A stretch of 64,000 nucleotides of DNA from IMG/VR virus record IMGVR_UViG_3300022723_000094, positions 540-64,539 of that record; one strand, written 5' to 3'. Below the pieces are notes generated by a model that saw only the letters and a list, made by a program, of their open reading frames with translations, did not search any database and had not been told where the DNA came from. Below, in pieces: positions 25,528-35,510 of the stretch. Source of the stretch: a virus. Position 1 is the first letter of the stretch; each line of letters opens with the position of its first letter. Both the position numbers and the translations under genes were made by a program.

Positions 25528-27515
25528 GCTGCCCATGCGGGGGTCTTGATGTCGCCCCAGTTGGGGCCGGTCTCGATGTCTACCTTGTGGGGTACGTTGC
25601 ACGGAACCGCGTTCCGCATGATCTCGGCACACTCAAGCGGCTCGCTTGGGCTCCAGAACGTGAAGTCTACCTCGTCGTGGACCTGAAGCTGCAGTCGGAT
25701 GCCCGCGTCGTCCGCCAGCACCATGGCCATCTTCGTCTGCCCCCCAGCCGAGCCCTGGATCAGCCGGTTGCCACCCTTGTGCGCCCAGTCGTAGTAGTAG
25801 ACAAGGCCCTTGACCCGGCGAGGCTTGGCCAGCTTCGGGAAGCGGCAGCGGCGGCCCTCGATCGTGCGGATCCAGCCGCGGACGCCTGCCTTCTTCTCGA
25901 CCTTGAGCATCAGCGCCTTGACGAAGGGGACACCCTTCCGGAACTTGTCCAGCAGCGCCTGCGCCTCGTCGCCAGCACCAAGGTACTCGACCTCCTTGCC
26001 CTCCCGGGTCGTGAACTTCCGCATCTTCGTCGGCAGACCGAGGGACCGCGCCAGCTTCGCCGGACCCATCCCGTAGCACAGGCCGAGGAAGATGATCTTG
26101 GCCGCGTCGCGCTCCAGCTTCTTGAGCTTCGGCTCCAGGGTAGGCCATGCCGCGTTGATCAGCGTGGCCATCATGTCGTGGTTGTCCGCTGTGGGGTCGG
26201 TTCGGTAGCGTTCCGCCATCTCCGCGGCCTTCGGCAGCTTCAGCTCCTCTGCGTAGTGCACGAGCCAGCGGGGCTCCTGCTGGGAAAAGTCGAGGCAGGC
26301 CCACTCCCCACCCTCGTCGGGGATGTAGATCTGGCGCCACATGGGGCCGATCTCAGGGTCGCGCGCCGGTTGCTGCTGGAGGTTGGGGTCCTTGCAGCTG
26401 AGCCGCCCGTACCGCGCGCCCCCTTCTTCCCCGCTGTCGTCCTCGCCGATCATCTGCTTGAACGTGCAGTGGATCCGGTCGCCGACCGCGTGGGTGCGGA
26501 TCGACTTGACGAATGTACCCCGCAGCTTGTTGAACTTCTTCGCCCGAAGGAGCGCGTCCATAACGTCGTGCTTCGGCTGGGCCTTGAGCCAGTCGTTGGT
26601 GATGGACGGCTGACCCTTGGGGTGCTTGTCGGTGGGGTCCGTTCGTAGCTCCGGCTTGGAGAAGTCGTACCCCATGTGCTCGAGAACGGGAACCAAGGCC
26701 GCGGTCTTCGTGGTGTCGGAGGTCGTGAGGTTCACACCCGTCAGATGTTTGAGTCTCGCCAGCGCGCTGACCTCCTGCATCCGAGCCCACTCTTCGATCT
26801 CCTCCAGCTTGTCGAAGTCCACCCGGACGCCCCGCCTCCGCATCTTCAGGAGCACGGGAAGCAGTCGGCTCTCCAGGTTCCAGACATCCCAGAGCCCTTG
26901 ATCGTCGATCTCCTTCTCCTGTCGGCGGAGGATCTGCAGCGGCAGGCGACAGTCCTGCTCGCCGTAGGGACCAACGAGTTCCGGCGGCAGTTCGTACAGG
27001 CCCTTCTTCGGGTGGACGCCCCAAGCCGCCGCCCCGGCGCGAAGCAGCTCCTCGTCCTTGCCGGCGATGCCCCGCCGTGCGGCGATGGCGTCGATCCCGT
27101 ATGAGTACTGCAGCTCATCGAGCAGGGGCTCCGCCACGCAGACGTCCCGGAAGCTGGCCTTCCGGAAGATGATCTCCTCGTTGGCCAGGCCATCCAGGTC
27201 GTACGGTAGGTTGCCGCCGACGATGTCACCATCGAAGACTTCCGCCTGGTCCCGCATGTAGTCGAGGACGTGCTTCGGATCGAGGTTGGTGCCGTTCGCG
27301 TGGGCGATGGGCATGTAGGCGCTGGGCCCATCCTCAATCGCGAAGCCGATCCCGACGATCTTGGCGTCCCGCCGCCAACCTGGGCCCAACCGGGTCAGGT
27401 CCTTGTCCTTGGTCTCGAGGTCTACGCAGACACGCTTGGCCTCGGCCCAGGAGGGGAGCTGGGACACGACCGGGGGACGCCAGTCGCTCCGGGGAGTGAA
27501 GGGAGGGATCGGCAC
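25524..27515 (-). CDS. polA: DNA polymerase, family A (3'-5' exonuclease plus polymerase)
   Basis: VDLET, GRLSCKDPNLQQ, LDFSQQEPRW, AKIIFLGLCYGMG, IQGSA, LQVHDE. Confidence 0.95.
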   Translation of the reverse strand: MPIPPFTPRSDWRPPVVSQLPSWAEAKRVCVDLETKDKDLTRLGPGWRRDAKIVGIGFAIEDGPSAYMPIAHANGTNLDPKHVLDYMRDQAEVFDGDIVGGNLPYDLDGLANEEIIFRKASFRDVCVAEPLLDELQYSYGIDAIAARRGIAGKDEELLRAGAAAWGVHPKKGLYELPPELVGPYGEQDCRLPLQILRRQEKEIDDQGLWDVWNLESRLLPVLLKMRRRGVRVDFDKLEEIEEWARMQEVSALARLKHLTGVNLTTSDTTKTAALVPVLEHMGYDFSKPELRTDPTDKHPKGQPSITNDWLKAQPKHDVMDALLRAKKFNKLRGTFVKSIRTHAVGDRIHCTFKQMIGEDDSGEEGGARYGRLSCKDPNLQQQPARDPEIGPMWRQIYIPDEGGEWACLDFSQQEPRWLVHYAEELKLPKAAEMAERYRTDPTADNHDMMATLINAAWPTLEPKLKKLERDAAKIIFLGLCYGMGPAKLARSLGLPTKMRKFTTREGKEVEYLGAGDEAQALLDKFRKGVPFVKALMLKVEKKAGVRGWIRTIEGRRCRFPKLAKPRRVKGLVYYYDWAHKGGNRLIQGSAGGQTKMAMVLADDAGIRLQLQVHDEVDFTFWSPSEPLECAEIMRNAVPCNVPHKVDIETGPNWGDIKTPAWAA

Positions 27516-27919
27516 TAGTCGACGTTCGGCGTGATAGTGATCCCGTTCCCCTGGCGCTCTCGGATCTCCGCCTCAATGAGGAGGAGGTAGCGGCGGAGGT
27601 CGCCGATGTCGTCGAGCACGCCCTCTTCACGTTGATCCAAGAGTGCACTCTGGATGATGTCGAACTTGGGGGCCACGACCTTCTTACACGCTTCGATCAT
27701 CTGCTCCGGTGTCATACCCGCGAAGTCCTCGGGCGGACCACCCGGCTGCACCGAACCTGCGGAGACGTGTTCCTCCAGTCGGTCCCACTTGCGGGCGGCC
27801 ATCATGAAGGCACCTACGCCTCCACGTTTGAGCCAGCTGCCGCCGTACTCCTTGTCCTTGCGACGAAGGGTGTCACAGTCCTTGGAGGCGATCTCGTTGA
27901 TGCGGTCGATGTAGCTCAT
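27515..27919 (-). CDS. Nucleotide-modification-associated domain protein (DUF1599/Nmad1-like)
   Basis: KDKEYGGSWLKRGGVGAFMM.ARKWDRLE...LDDIGDLRRYLLLIEAE; typical of hmdU phage clusters. Confidence 0.75.
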   Translation of the reverse strand: MSYIDRINEIASKDCDTLRRKDKEYGGSWLKRGGVGAFMMAARKWDRLEEHVSAGSVQPGGPPEDFAGMTPEQMIEACKKVVAPKFDIIQSALLDQREEGVLDDIGDLRRYLLLIEAEIRERQGNGITITPNVD

Positions 27920-28437
27920 TTGGGTAGGTGGTCGGGGGTCCGGTAGTGCTTGTGTTCCTTGACGAAGTCACGTGCCTCGACGGGCAGCTTCATGCCACCC
28001 TTCCCGAGCCACTGTACGATGTTGTGGACGACGATGGCCGCGTCCGTGTTTCCCATGGCGATCTGGTGCTTGGCCCACAGCAGAAGCTCGATGGTGTCGA
28101 CAGCCTTGAGCCAGAGGTTCTCTTCAGGTGTGAGCTGGATGCTGAAGCCGATGGCCCGCAGGCAGCGGTCCTCCAGCTGCTCGCTCCGCTTGGCGAACTC
28201 ACCGTCCGACCACTTCGCCGGAGCCGGGATGTCGCCACACCAGCGCTCGCCGAAGTCGTGCGTGAGCACGGCCTTGACGAGATTCATCGATGGCTCCCCC
28301 GGGTACAGCGCGAAGAGGAGCATCACGGCGTCGAAGCTGTGCTGTCCGTTGGTGTAGCTGCCGTGATGGGGTAGCGTGTGGCAGCGCTCCACGTGGGAGC
28401 ACTCGCGCAGAACGTTCACGAGATCGTTGACTTGCAT
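27916..28437 (-). CDS. HD-domain 5'-deoxynucleotidase (YfbR-like)
   Basis: V.RCHT..., GQHSF, LTHDFGERWCGDIPAP, KAVDTIE. Confidence 0.82.
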   Translation of the reverse strand: MQVNDLVNVLRECSHVERCHTLPHHGSYTNGQHSFDAVMLLFALYPGEPSMNLVKAVLTHDFGERWCGDIPAPAKWSDGEFAKRSEQLEDRCLRAIGFSIQLTPEENLWLKAVDTIELLLWAKHQIAMGNTDAAIVVHNIVQWLGKGGMKLPVEARDFVKEHKHYRTPDHLPK

Positions 28438-29447
28438 TTGGCTTGTCGGCGTTGCAGCCATTCCTTGCAGGCGATCATCCAGTCCTGTGCGGCGCACTGG
28501 CCGACTTCGCGGAGAGCCTGTTCGAAACGGTCGGGGTCCTTGGTCTTGAAGGCGAGGTAGGCGCGGTACAGGGGTGCCGCGACGTGGGCGAAGAAGGGAT
28601 CGTCGTACTCGCCTTCGCCCCGCTGGTCCATGAACATCTGCAGCTCGCGGTCCCAGCGGCCACGAGGGAGAGACATGAGGGGGATGGTGTTGCTCACCTT
28701 GCCTTCCGAATAGGGGTCGGTGTACTGTGAGGGTGGCATCGGGGCCTTGGCGGCGAGCTGTTCGACCAGCTTCTGGTGGGCCTCAGTGTAGTAGTGAGTG
28801 TTGAAGGACGTCTGATAGTACAAGCCTACCTCGCGGCCGAGCCCCGCGGCGATGTACTCCTGCAGGAATGAGAAGTGCACAGCGTTCGCGCCGTAGGCTC
28901 CCCAGATGAGATCGTTGCTGCGGTTCGTGACCATCATCTGCAGCTTGCCGTCGAGGTCGATCTGGAAGTACGCCTGCGTGTTGCAGGGCAGGTCCTTGCC
29001 AGGGTTCCCGAGGTCACACCGGACGTCCCACATGCCCAACACCTGGCGGCGGCAGGCCGGGTTCGCGTCCAGGGCGCGGATGATCTGGTCGAGCTGGTCC
29101 GTCCCGAAGTGCTTGCGCCACCGATGGCCGTAGGCCGCGTGGAACCGCTTGCCGTCATCGGAATAGTTCACCATGCCGCTGTTGAAGAACGACACGAACT
29201 CCACGTCGTCCCGACCCGCCAGCATCCACAGGGTTTCGAACAGGTGGAAGAACGGGTTGGCATCTCGTTCCGGATGGAATAACACCCGCTCGGTGGGCTT
29301 CAGGTAGACGGTGGTGAGTGGCACGGGCAGGACCTTGACGGGGCCGTTCCGGCTGCCTGTCTCCTGGCCGAATTGCTCGAGCTGATACGCACCCTCGACC
29401 AAGGCCTGGTGCACGTTGCGGACGATGATGGTTCTCATAATTTCCAT
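28416..29447 (-). CDS. Thymidylate-synthase homologue, probably dUMP hydroxymethylase
   Basis: [45 protein letters not shown] (Asn = dUMP-specific); the hydroxymethylase call rests on the neighbouring 5-hmdU kinase. Confidence 0.85.
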   Translation of the reverse strand: MEIMRTIIVRNVHQALVEGAYQLEQFGQETGSRNGPVKVLPVPLTTVYLKPTERVLFHPERDANPFFHLFETLWMLAGRDDVEFVSFFNSGMVNYSDDGKRFHAAYGHRWRKHFGTDQLDQIIRALDANPACRRQVLGMWDVRCDLGNPGKDLPCNTQAYFQIDLDGKLQMMVTNRSNDLIWGAYGANAVHFSFLQEYIAAGLGREVGLYYQTSFNTHYYTEAHQKLVEQLAAKAPMPPSQYTDPYSEGKVSNTIPLMSLPRGRWDRELQMFMDQRGEGEYDDPFFAHVAAPLYRAYLAFKTKDPDRFEQALREVGQCAAQDWMIACKEWLQRRQAKCKSTIS

Positions 29448-29806
29448 GTGCGGCGACCGAAGTTGCCGTCTTGGTGTTGCTGCTTCGCTCGCTCACTTCG
29501 GCGGGCACGTTCCTCCGGCGTGAGGAGGCGTAAGGCGGCTTCGCGCATCTTGTCCTTTGTCTCTGGGGACTTGACACTACCCGCGTGGTGGTGGGCCGCA
29601 TGGTCCGAGTGGTTGGTCAGTTCCAGATTCTCAATCCGGTTGTCGATCTTGTCGCCGTTGATGTGGTGCACGATCTCGCCGCGCTCCAGCTTCCGTCCAA
29701 GATGCTGCTCCATCACATGTCGGTGCTCGCGTACCAGCTTACCGTCTATGCGGAGAAATGCATAGCCGTGTGTCGCGCAGACGTATCGACCGTCAGGAAG
29801 GATCAT
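29435..29806 (-). mobile_element. HNH homing endonuclease
   Basis: [13 protein letters not shown]...[19 protein letters not shown]; NUMOD3-like tail. Confidence 0.9.
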
Positions 29807-30635
29807 AGGGCTTGTACCTCCTCTTCCCAGTGCCACCTTCCTGGATGCGCCTCATCTTGTCGTACTCGCAGAGGCAGTGTTCGACCTCTCGCATCTCCCA
29901 GGGGCGGTCGGGCCAGTCCCACTCGGTCTTAGAGGCCGACAGGAGATCCCTCATTGTCCTCAGAGCGGTCTCCTGCCCCGAGGTCGAGCCGTAGGCCACT
30001 GCATCGGGGTTTCCGTACAGGACGCGTGAGGCTCCCCTGCAGGCTCCCGGTCCGGCGGAGGCCCACGAGTTGATGTCGGGGGCGTCCTCGAGGAGGTAGG
30101 TATGCCGGAGATCGGTCACGATCTCGTATGCCATGAAGCGACCCAGGAAAGGGATCTGCAAGAGGAATCTGTGAGCCTCCTCAAGGGTGGTCCCCATGTG
30201 GGGGTGATCCTGAAGGACTTCCCATGCACGGTCGATGCACCAGAGGATGCCCTCCAGCTTGGACATACCGTTCGGAGTCTTGACGAGAAAGGCCCCCGTG
30301 ACCAGGGGGTCGCAGTCTCGAAGAGCCGCTCGCATGTTGTCCGTGTCCAGCTCCCGCCACTCCCGAAGAGTCAGGCGACTGCAGGTCTCGATCCGATTGA
30401 ACCACCGCCAGGCGATTGTGGCAAGAAGCACTTCGGGACTGTCCCGAAGTGGCTCGCGGACGGTGTTCCTGAAGAACACCGTCGTCCGGTCGTCCTCGCG
30501 GAACACATTACAGAAGCGGAACTCCTGCAGCACCGGGTCCTGCGTCCACATGAACTGCGGAGCCCCCGTCTCCTTTGCGATGCGAATGTGCTCGCGAAGG
30601 TTGACGAAGTCGAAGAACTGGGAGGCTTCCTTCAT
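29793..30635 (-). CDS. 5-hmdU DNA kinase, helical family (formerly aGPT-Pplase1)
   Basis: [63 protein letters not shown]. Confidence 0.87.
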   Translation of the reverse strand: MKEASQFFDFVNLREHIRIAKETGAPQFMWTQDPVLQEFRFCNVFREDDRTTVFFRNTVREPLRDSPEVLLATIAWRWFNRIETCSRLTLREWRELDTDNMRAALRDCDPLVTGAFLVKTPNGMSKLEGILWCIDRAWEVLQDHPHMGTTLEEAHRFLLQIPFLGRFMAYEIVTDLRHTYLLEDAPDINSWASAGPGACRGASRVLYGNPDAVAYGSTSGQETALRTMRDLLSASKTEWDWPDRPWEMREVEHCLCEYDKMRRIQEGGTGKRRYKPYDPS

Positions 30636-30799
30636 ACGGGACTGCGGTTGATGACGTGCAGGAAGAGGGGGCCGAGGCGGAAGACGAACATGCGCACGTC
30701 CTCCTGCGGGGATTCGTAGGCGACGCCCACGTACCATCGAAAGAAGTCTACCCCGAGCACCACCGCAGTAGTCTGGGTATCCACGATTGCCTTCATCAT
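30632..30799 (-). CDS. Hypothetical protein, 55 aa
   Basis: Overlaps both neighbours by ATGA. Confidence 0.5.
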   Translation of the reverse strand: MMKAIVDTQTTAVVLGVDFFRWYVGVAYESPQEDVRMFVFRLGPLFLHVINRSPV

Positions 30800-31173
30800 G
30801 ACTGCCGCCCGTGCTTCTGGATCTGCGACGACGAGGGCCGGATGAGCGAGCTCATCTTGGGCTCGAAGGCGAGGATCGTGATCTTGGTGTCGAGCGGGGT
30901 GGACTCCCCGCCGTTGACCACGAGGTGCGTGTGGAGCCCGCTGAACGTGCGCTGCAGAGGGTCGTGGGCCATCTCGAGGAGAATGGCCGGGGCGTCGCAG
31001 AGCGCGCCCTCCCAGCGGTTGAGGACGGTGACGGTGTTGAGGTCCTGGCCGTTGGGGTCCACCAGCTGCACGTCTTCGCCCTCGGCGACCTTCTCCATCG
31101 TGCCGCGGAATCCCGCGGTGAAGGTGTGGTGGCCGGAGAGGTTGACCGGGTTGTGGATGATGATCTGCTTCAT
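30796..31173 (-). CDS. Hypothetical protein (possibly ASCH/PUA-like), 125 aa
   Basis: Start MKQIIIH; the fold guess is weak. Confidence 0.5.
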   Translation of the reverse strand: MKQIIIHNPVNLSGHHTFTAGFRGTMEKVAEGEDVQLVDPNGQDLNTVTVLNRWEGALCDAPAILLEMAHDPLQRTFSGLHTHLVVNGGESTPLDTKITILAFEPKMSSLIRPSSSQIQKHGRQS

Positions 31174-31442
31174 GTGTTGAACGAGAAGGTAGGTCGCGTG
31201 GGCTCTTCGGGGGTGATGACCATGACGACAGGCCCACGCCCCGCCGACATGCACTTCTGGTCCGTCCAGCGACGGATACAGGCATAGGAACAGATGATGT
31301 CGACCTGGCGCTGCGGTAGGCCGAGGTCGAGGAAGTCCTGGCCCTTCTGCACCTGACCGCAGTCAGGGCACACAAATTGCCACTGGTTGGGGTCTCGCCC
31401 GAACAAAAGGCAACCGAGCTCTTGCCAGTCCGCGAGCTTCAT
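31170..31442 (-). CDS. VVA0879-like Cys-rich phage protein
   Basis: G.LLFGRDPNQWQFVCPDCGQVQ...DF...C. Confidence 0.65.
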   Translation of the reverse strand: MKLADWQELGCLLFGRDPNQWQFVCPDCGQVQKGQDFLDLGLPQRQVDIICSYACIRRWTDQKCMSAGRGPVVMVITPEEPTRPTFSFNT

Positions 31443-31978
31443 ACCGCCGGGGTCTCTTCCGGGATGTCGAGGTAGGCCCGCCACGGGGTCGGTGAGTAGA
31501 CCGGGGCCTGGCCCCAGGCACCGAGATCAACCGCCCGGGTGGGGTCCTTCTCCCAGAAGGCCCACGACTTGGTGCGGGGTCCGTTCAGGATGAGGGTCTT
31601 GCACTCGCGGGTGCACATGGTGATCCGGTGGACGTCGGTACTTCGCCGGAAGGCGAACGAGAACCGGCCACGCTGCTTCTCGGTCTCCCGGCTCATGATC
31701 CAGGCGTTGTGGCCAACCCCGATGAAGGTCTGGCGCTTCTCCTGGTACATACCCTTGAGGAGGAAACTGATGAACCACCAAGGGTGGTCGTGGCAATGCT
31801 CGTCAGGGTCCGGGGCGTGGAACCAGTGGATCTTCAGGCCGAACCACGGGGTGTTGATGAGGTAGAGGCGAGTGAGATACTCGACGCCTTCCTTGCGTCC
31901 GTTGATCTCCATCCAGCGCCAGAACATCCAGCTGTGGACGCGTTCGGTTGTACGGTTGGGAAGGATTCGTCTCAGCAT
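31439..31978 (-). CDS. Cupin-like conserved phage protein
   Basis: IHWFHAPDPDEHCHDHPWWFISFLLKGMYQE...HRI...TLILNGPR..SWAF. Confidence 0.7.
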   Translation of the reverse strand: MLRRILPNRTTERVHSWMFWRWMEINGRKEGVEYLTRLYLINTPWFGLKIHWFHAPDPDEHCHDHPWWFISFLLKGMYQEKRQTFIGVGHNAWIMSRETEKQRGRFSFAFRRSTDVHRITMCTRECKTLILNGPRTKSWAFWEKDPTRAVDLGAWGQAPVYSPTPWRAYLDIPEETPAV

Positions 31979-32148
31979 TGGGGATCCACATGGGCTTCGC
32001 TGATCAGGGTTGTGCTCTCACGGCCCCAATCGTCGAAGTCTCGTTCGAGGTTCTCCTCACGCCCTTGCTCACAGTTGGGCTTATGGTCCTGTTCCCACAG
32101 GTTGCCACAGCAGGGACGGAAGATCGGGGAGATGTATTCGTCGGGCAT
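31972..32148 (-). CDS. Small hypothetical protein, 58 aa
   Basis: Translated by hand: MPDEYISPIFRPCCGNLW...; stop overlaps the next start. Confidence 0.4.
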   Translation of the reverse strand: MPDEYISPIFRPCCGNLWEQDHKPNCEQGREENLERDFDDWGRESTTLISEAHVDPQC

Positions 32149-32222
32149 GGTAGGGAGGGGGCAGGCCCCGGCGGATTCACGCGGAGCGGGTTTCGGTCCT
32201 TCTGGTCATCGGCCGGGGCGTG

Positions 32223-33188
32223 CTAGAAGAGGTCTTCCGCCAGGGCCTTGACCGCGAGAGTCACGCGCCCCTGGAGGGTCTTGAAGTTGATGGTGCAGTT
32301 CTTGTGCTTCTTGAGGATGGCCCACATCTCCTCGTCGACGAGGAGATGGAACACGCGCCCAAGGAGTTGGGGGATGACGCGGTTGCGGTTCTCCGCTTCC
32401 ACATGGTGCTGCCAGTTGGGCTCGCTCGTGTCCACACCCAGGTCGTTGGCAACGTCGAGGGCCACCTTCGCACGGGTCTTGCCCACCAGCTCAGGGGTGA
32501 CGAACTCCTCAGCGATGGCGACCTCCACCTGGAACTCGCCCTGCTTCTTGGCGTGGCCGAAGGCTCGGCGGGCCTCCTCCTTGAAGACGTTGCGTACCAC
32601 CTTGGCCCACGGGCAGCCATGCTGGCGCCAGGCGTAGTTCTTCAGCACGACGCCCTCACCCAGGCCCGCGCCCTCTGCGATCAGGTAGCTGTTCGTCTCC
32701 ACCTGCGCCTTCATCTGGTCCTCGGAGGGATCCTGGATGGTGCAGAGCGGTTCGATGACATCCTGGCCGTACTGGACGAGGAGCACTTCGTACGTCTCGT
32801 ACGGAACGTACGTTCCCAGCTCGCGGTCGTAGACGTCGAAGATCCAGAAGCGACGCCAGACTTCCTCGCGGTACGTCTTCAGCGTGTGCGGAATCATCCA
32901 CTCGCCGTAGACGATCCAGTTCGGGTAGTCTCGGACGAGGTTCCGCAGCGCGCGGGCCTTCTCCTCGTCGCTGTTCACCCAGGCGTAGAAGCCTGCGTTG
33001 TCGTCGTCCAGGCTCAGGATCCGACGTCGGGAGGCGCATAGGTTGCTGTCTCCATCGAACCAGACCGAGGCGTTCGTGCCGTCGAGCTTCGGGAAGACAT
33101 GGACAAGCCCCATCTCGATGCCGCGGGTGTTGCGGTGGCCGAGCCGTTCGAGATGGTCGTACTTGCGGAAGGTGGTAGTCTCAGTCAT
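32223..33188 (-). CDS. RNA ligase 2-like nucleotidyltransferase
   Basis: Motif I PKLDGTN, VYGEW, FWIFDV, GEGVVLK; start MTETTT at 33188. Confidence 0.82.
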   Translation of the reverse strand: MTETTTFRKYDHLERLGHRNTRGIEMGLVHVFPKLDGTNASVWFDGDSNLCASRRRILSLDDDNAGFYAWVNSDEEKARALRNLVRDYPNWIVYGEWMIPHTLKTYREEVWRRFWIFDVYDRELGTYVPYETYEVLLVQYGQDVIEPLCTIQDPSEDQMKAQVETNSYLIAEGAGLGEGVVLKNYAWRQHGCPWAKVVRNVFKEEARRAFGHAKKQGEFQVEVAIAEEFVTPELVGKTRAKVALDVANDLGVDTSEPNWQHHVEAENRNRVIPQLLGRVFHLLVDEEMWAILKKHKNCTINFKTLQGRVTLAVKALAEDLF

Positions 33189-33549
33189 CGGGGGTGTAGC
33201 AGTTGTCACAGAGGGTTCGGATCCAGCCGCCGCCGCGTCGTTCGCCAGCAGCGCCACAGTCTTCACACTCCACAGAGGAGCGCTGTTCAGCTCGCCGGAC
33301 GATGGCATTGACACGCTCGTCTCGGCTGTCCGGTCCAGCGAGGTAGAGTCGGAGCGTGCCGAACTTCTCCTTCACCTGAACCGCTTGGACGTCGAACTTC
33401 TCCAGCTCGATGCTGGCCTCGAGCAGCAGCCCGAACCAGCCGTCGCCGGGGAAGCCCCAGCACATGCAAGTCTCGCTCATCTTGCCGTTCCGCTGGGTAT
33501 AGAGGAACGGCGCGATGGCACAGAGGACGTCGTCTAGCTCTTGTCGCAT
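33181..33549 (-). CDS. Conserved phage zinc-binding protein
   Basis: GDGW..L, QVKEKFGTLR.Y, CEDCG..G...GGWIRTLCDNC. Confidence 0.75.
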   Translation of the reverse strand: MRQELDDVLCAIAPFLYTQRNGKMSETCMCWGFPGDGWFGLLLEASIELEKFDVQAVQVKEKFGTLRLYLAGPDSRDERVNAIVRRAEQRSSVECEDCGAAGERRGGGWIRTLCDNCYTPDD

Positions 33550-33926
33550 GCTCGTGCCTTCATGAGGATACTCTTGCGGACGGGGAGGCCCTTCCGGCGA
33601 AGTAGCTCGATGTGTCCACCGGCCCAAGGCTCGAACGGCATGCGCTCCAGCCAGTCCTGGGGTGTGGGCAGGAACCCCAGGTCTTCGATGATGTGCTTCT
33701 CAGCGACCTCGCGAACGGGCACTTCCCGGCCCGCGCTGTTCACAAGTACCGCACCAAGAGCCTGCTCAGCCAGGCGAGTCCCTAGCGTGTGGTGCAGGAG
33801 AGCCCGATGACGGACATCCGCCATCGCAACCTTGCTCTGGTCGATGAATTCGTGGACCGGAAGATAGTCCTCCGGGCGACCTCCCCACTTGGCCGCAGAA
33901 CTCTTGGCGTGGTACAGCGTATGCAT
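33534..33926 (-). CDS. DUF6915-family protein
   Basis: HAKSSAAKWGG.PEDYLPVHEFIDQSK...DVRHRALLHH..G, AEKHI.EDLG. Confidence 0.8.
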   Translation of the reverse strand: MHTLYHAKSSAAKWGGRPEDYLPVHEFIDQSKVAMADVRHRALLHHTLGTRLAEQALGAVLVNSAGREVPVREVAEKHIIEDLGFLPTPQDWLERMPFEPWAGGHIELLRRKGLPVRKSILMKARACDKS

Positions 33927-33927
33927 G

Positions 33928-34467
33928 TCAGTCGTCCAGGCGGAACGTGCTGACGAGGATCTCGGACTCGACGTACATCGGGCTGATGCCACCTTCGGGG
34001 GTGACGGCCAGGACCCATGTCGCAGAGGACGAGGTCGGCATGAAGAGGCCGTTCGGCTCAGGCTGCCCGACGGTGACGCCCGCGATGGACTGATAGCCAG
34101 TCTCCCAGAGCGGGCGAGCCGGGTTGGTGAACTGCACGGAATACGGGATCCCGTAGCCGATGGACTCCGTCAGGAAGTGACGGACGCCGTTCATGTCGAC
34201 GATGTAGGTGAAGGTCGCAACCTCCGTGTCGCGCAGCTCGGTGATCATCTTCGCGAACTTGCGCTCGGTGAAGTTGGTGATCGCGGGCATGCCGACCTGA
34301 CGTTGGGCTTCGGCGACCATGCGCTCAGTTTGAGCCGTCTGCTGACGGTCGGTGCTGGGCGTGGTGGCCCCGTCGGAACAGCCCGAGAACAGGAAGGCGA
34401 TGGCGACGATGCCCACGAGGAGCGCGAAGAAGATCGGACGGGTTCGGGTAGTGGTGATGGTGGTCAT
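33928..34467 (-). CDS. Conserved phage lipoprotein
   Basis: Signal peptide and lipobox FSGC; YGIPYSVQFTNP, QPEPNGLFMPTSS.ATWV. Confidence 0.75.
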   Translation of the reverse strand: MTTITTTRTRPIFFALLVGIVAIAFLFSGCSDGATTPSTDRQQTAQTERMVAEAQRQVGMPAITNFTERKFAKMITELRDTEVATFTYIVDMNGVRHFLTESIGYGIPYSVQFTNPARPLWETGYQSIAGVTVGQPEPNGLFMPTSSSATWVLAVTPEGGISPMYVESEILVSTFRLDD

Positions 34468-34787
34468 AGTGTGTTCAGGAAGTTCTGGATGTCGATCGGG
34501 AGTAGTGAGTTGTCGATCGTGCTGGCCTCGTGGAGGATCACCCTCCGGAGCGCCGCACGCTGCGTGTCGGTCTCGGCCGTCTCGTAGTCGAGCCGAAGCC
34601 TGGTGATGTGCTGGGCTTTCCCGTGCACGAAGGAAGGAGTGTTCTCGAAGACGGTCCGCTCGATCTCAGCCTTGCGAGGCTTGAAGAAGCGGTCGTACTC
34701 GAGCCCGAAGAGGCCCATGCCCACCGAGAGGGCGAGCAGAGCAACGATGGCGAGAACGCTCGCCGCGATGATTCCGAGGATGCGCAT
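34464..34787 (-). CDS. N-anchored membrane protein with helical body
   Basis: N-terminal TM; coupled to the lipoprotein gene. Confidence 0.7.
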   Translation of the reverse strand: MRILGIIAASVLAIVALLALSVGMGLFGLEYDRFFKPRKAEIERTVFENTPSFVHGKAQHITRLRLDYETAETDTQRAALRRVILHEASTIDNSLLPIDIQNFLNTL

Positions 34788-34790
34788 GGT

Positions 34791-35510
34791 CTAGTCGTGG
34801 TCGTACTCGTCGACCTTCACGGTGCCGTTGCGGAAGATGATGACGCGGACGCCATCGCCGAAGACCCGACGCATGATCTCGTCGGGGATGCCCGCCATGG
34901 GCGCGAACGCGTCGTCGAGCTCAGCCTGCATGGCCTTGCGCTGAACGTCGTCGTTCGGGAACTTGTCGTAGGCCAGCGAGAACGTGCCGTCGAAGTAGTC
35001 GTCGAGGTAGTCGAGCGCCTCACCTTCTTCCGTGATGACCTCGCCGTCGTCGTTGACCGAGATCATCTTGGTGCAGATGTCCGGACCGTTGACGCCGAAG
35101 ACGCACGCCTCGCCGTCGTTGAAGTACGGAGTGTACTGCGTCCAGCCGATGGCTGTGGCAGACGGGATGGCCGCGAACACTTGGTCGGCGACCGGCTTGA
35201 TGGCGTCGACGCCGATGGCCTCGATCTGCTTGTCGAGGTTGGCGATCGCGTCGATCACGTCTTGGATTGCGGAAGTCATGTGAATTCGTTCGAACTCCCA
35301 CGTCACGGTCATCCCGCCCTCGTGGTGTTCTGTCCTTTCTGTCAGTCGATATTGGGCTGCTCTTGCTGATCCCACCTGCTTGACGAACGCAGCAGCGAAG
35401 CGTTCCAGGTGGTCTCGACGGGTGGCCATGACCGATTCGATCCGGTCACGAAGTTTCCTGTCGAGTGTGAAGTGTGCCTCCAAGCTGTCGATCTTGAGGT
35501 ACTCCATCAC
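34791..35510 (-). CDS. Conserved acidic phage protein (possibly with an in-frame N-terminal extension)
   Basis: WTQYTPYFNDGEACVFGV...FGDGVRV...DEYDHD; internal Met at residue 78. Confidence 0.7.
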   Translation of the reverse strand: MMEYLKIDSLEAHFTLDRKLRDRIESVMATRRDHLERFAAAFVKQVGSARAAQYRLTERTEHHEGGMTVTWEFERIHMTSAIQDVIDAIANLDKQIEAIGVDAIKPVADQVFAAIPSATAIGWTQYTPYFNDGEACVFGVNGPDICTKMISVNDDGEVITEEGEALDYLDDYFDGTFSLAYDKFPNDDVQRKAMQAELDDAFAPMAGIPDEIMRRVFGDGVRVIIFRNGTVKVDEYDHD

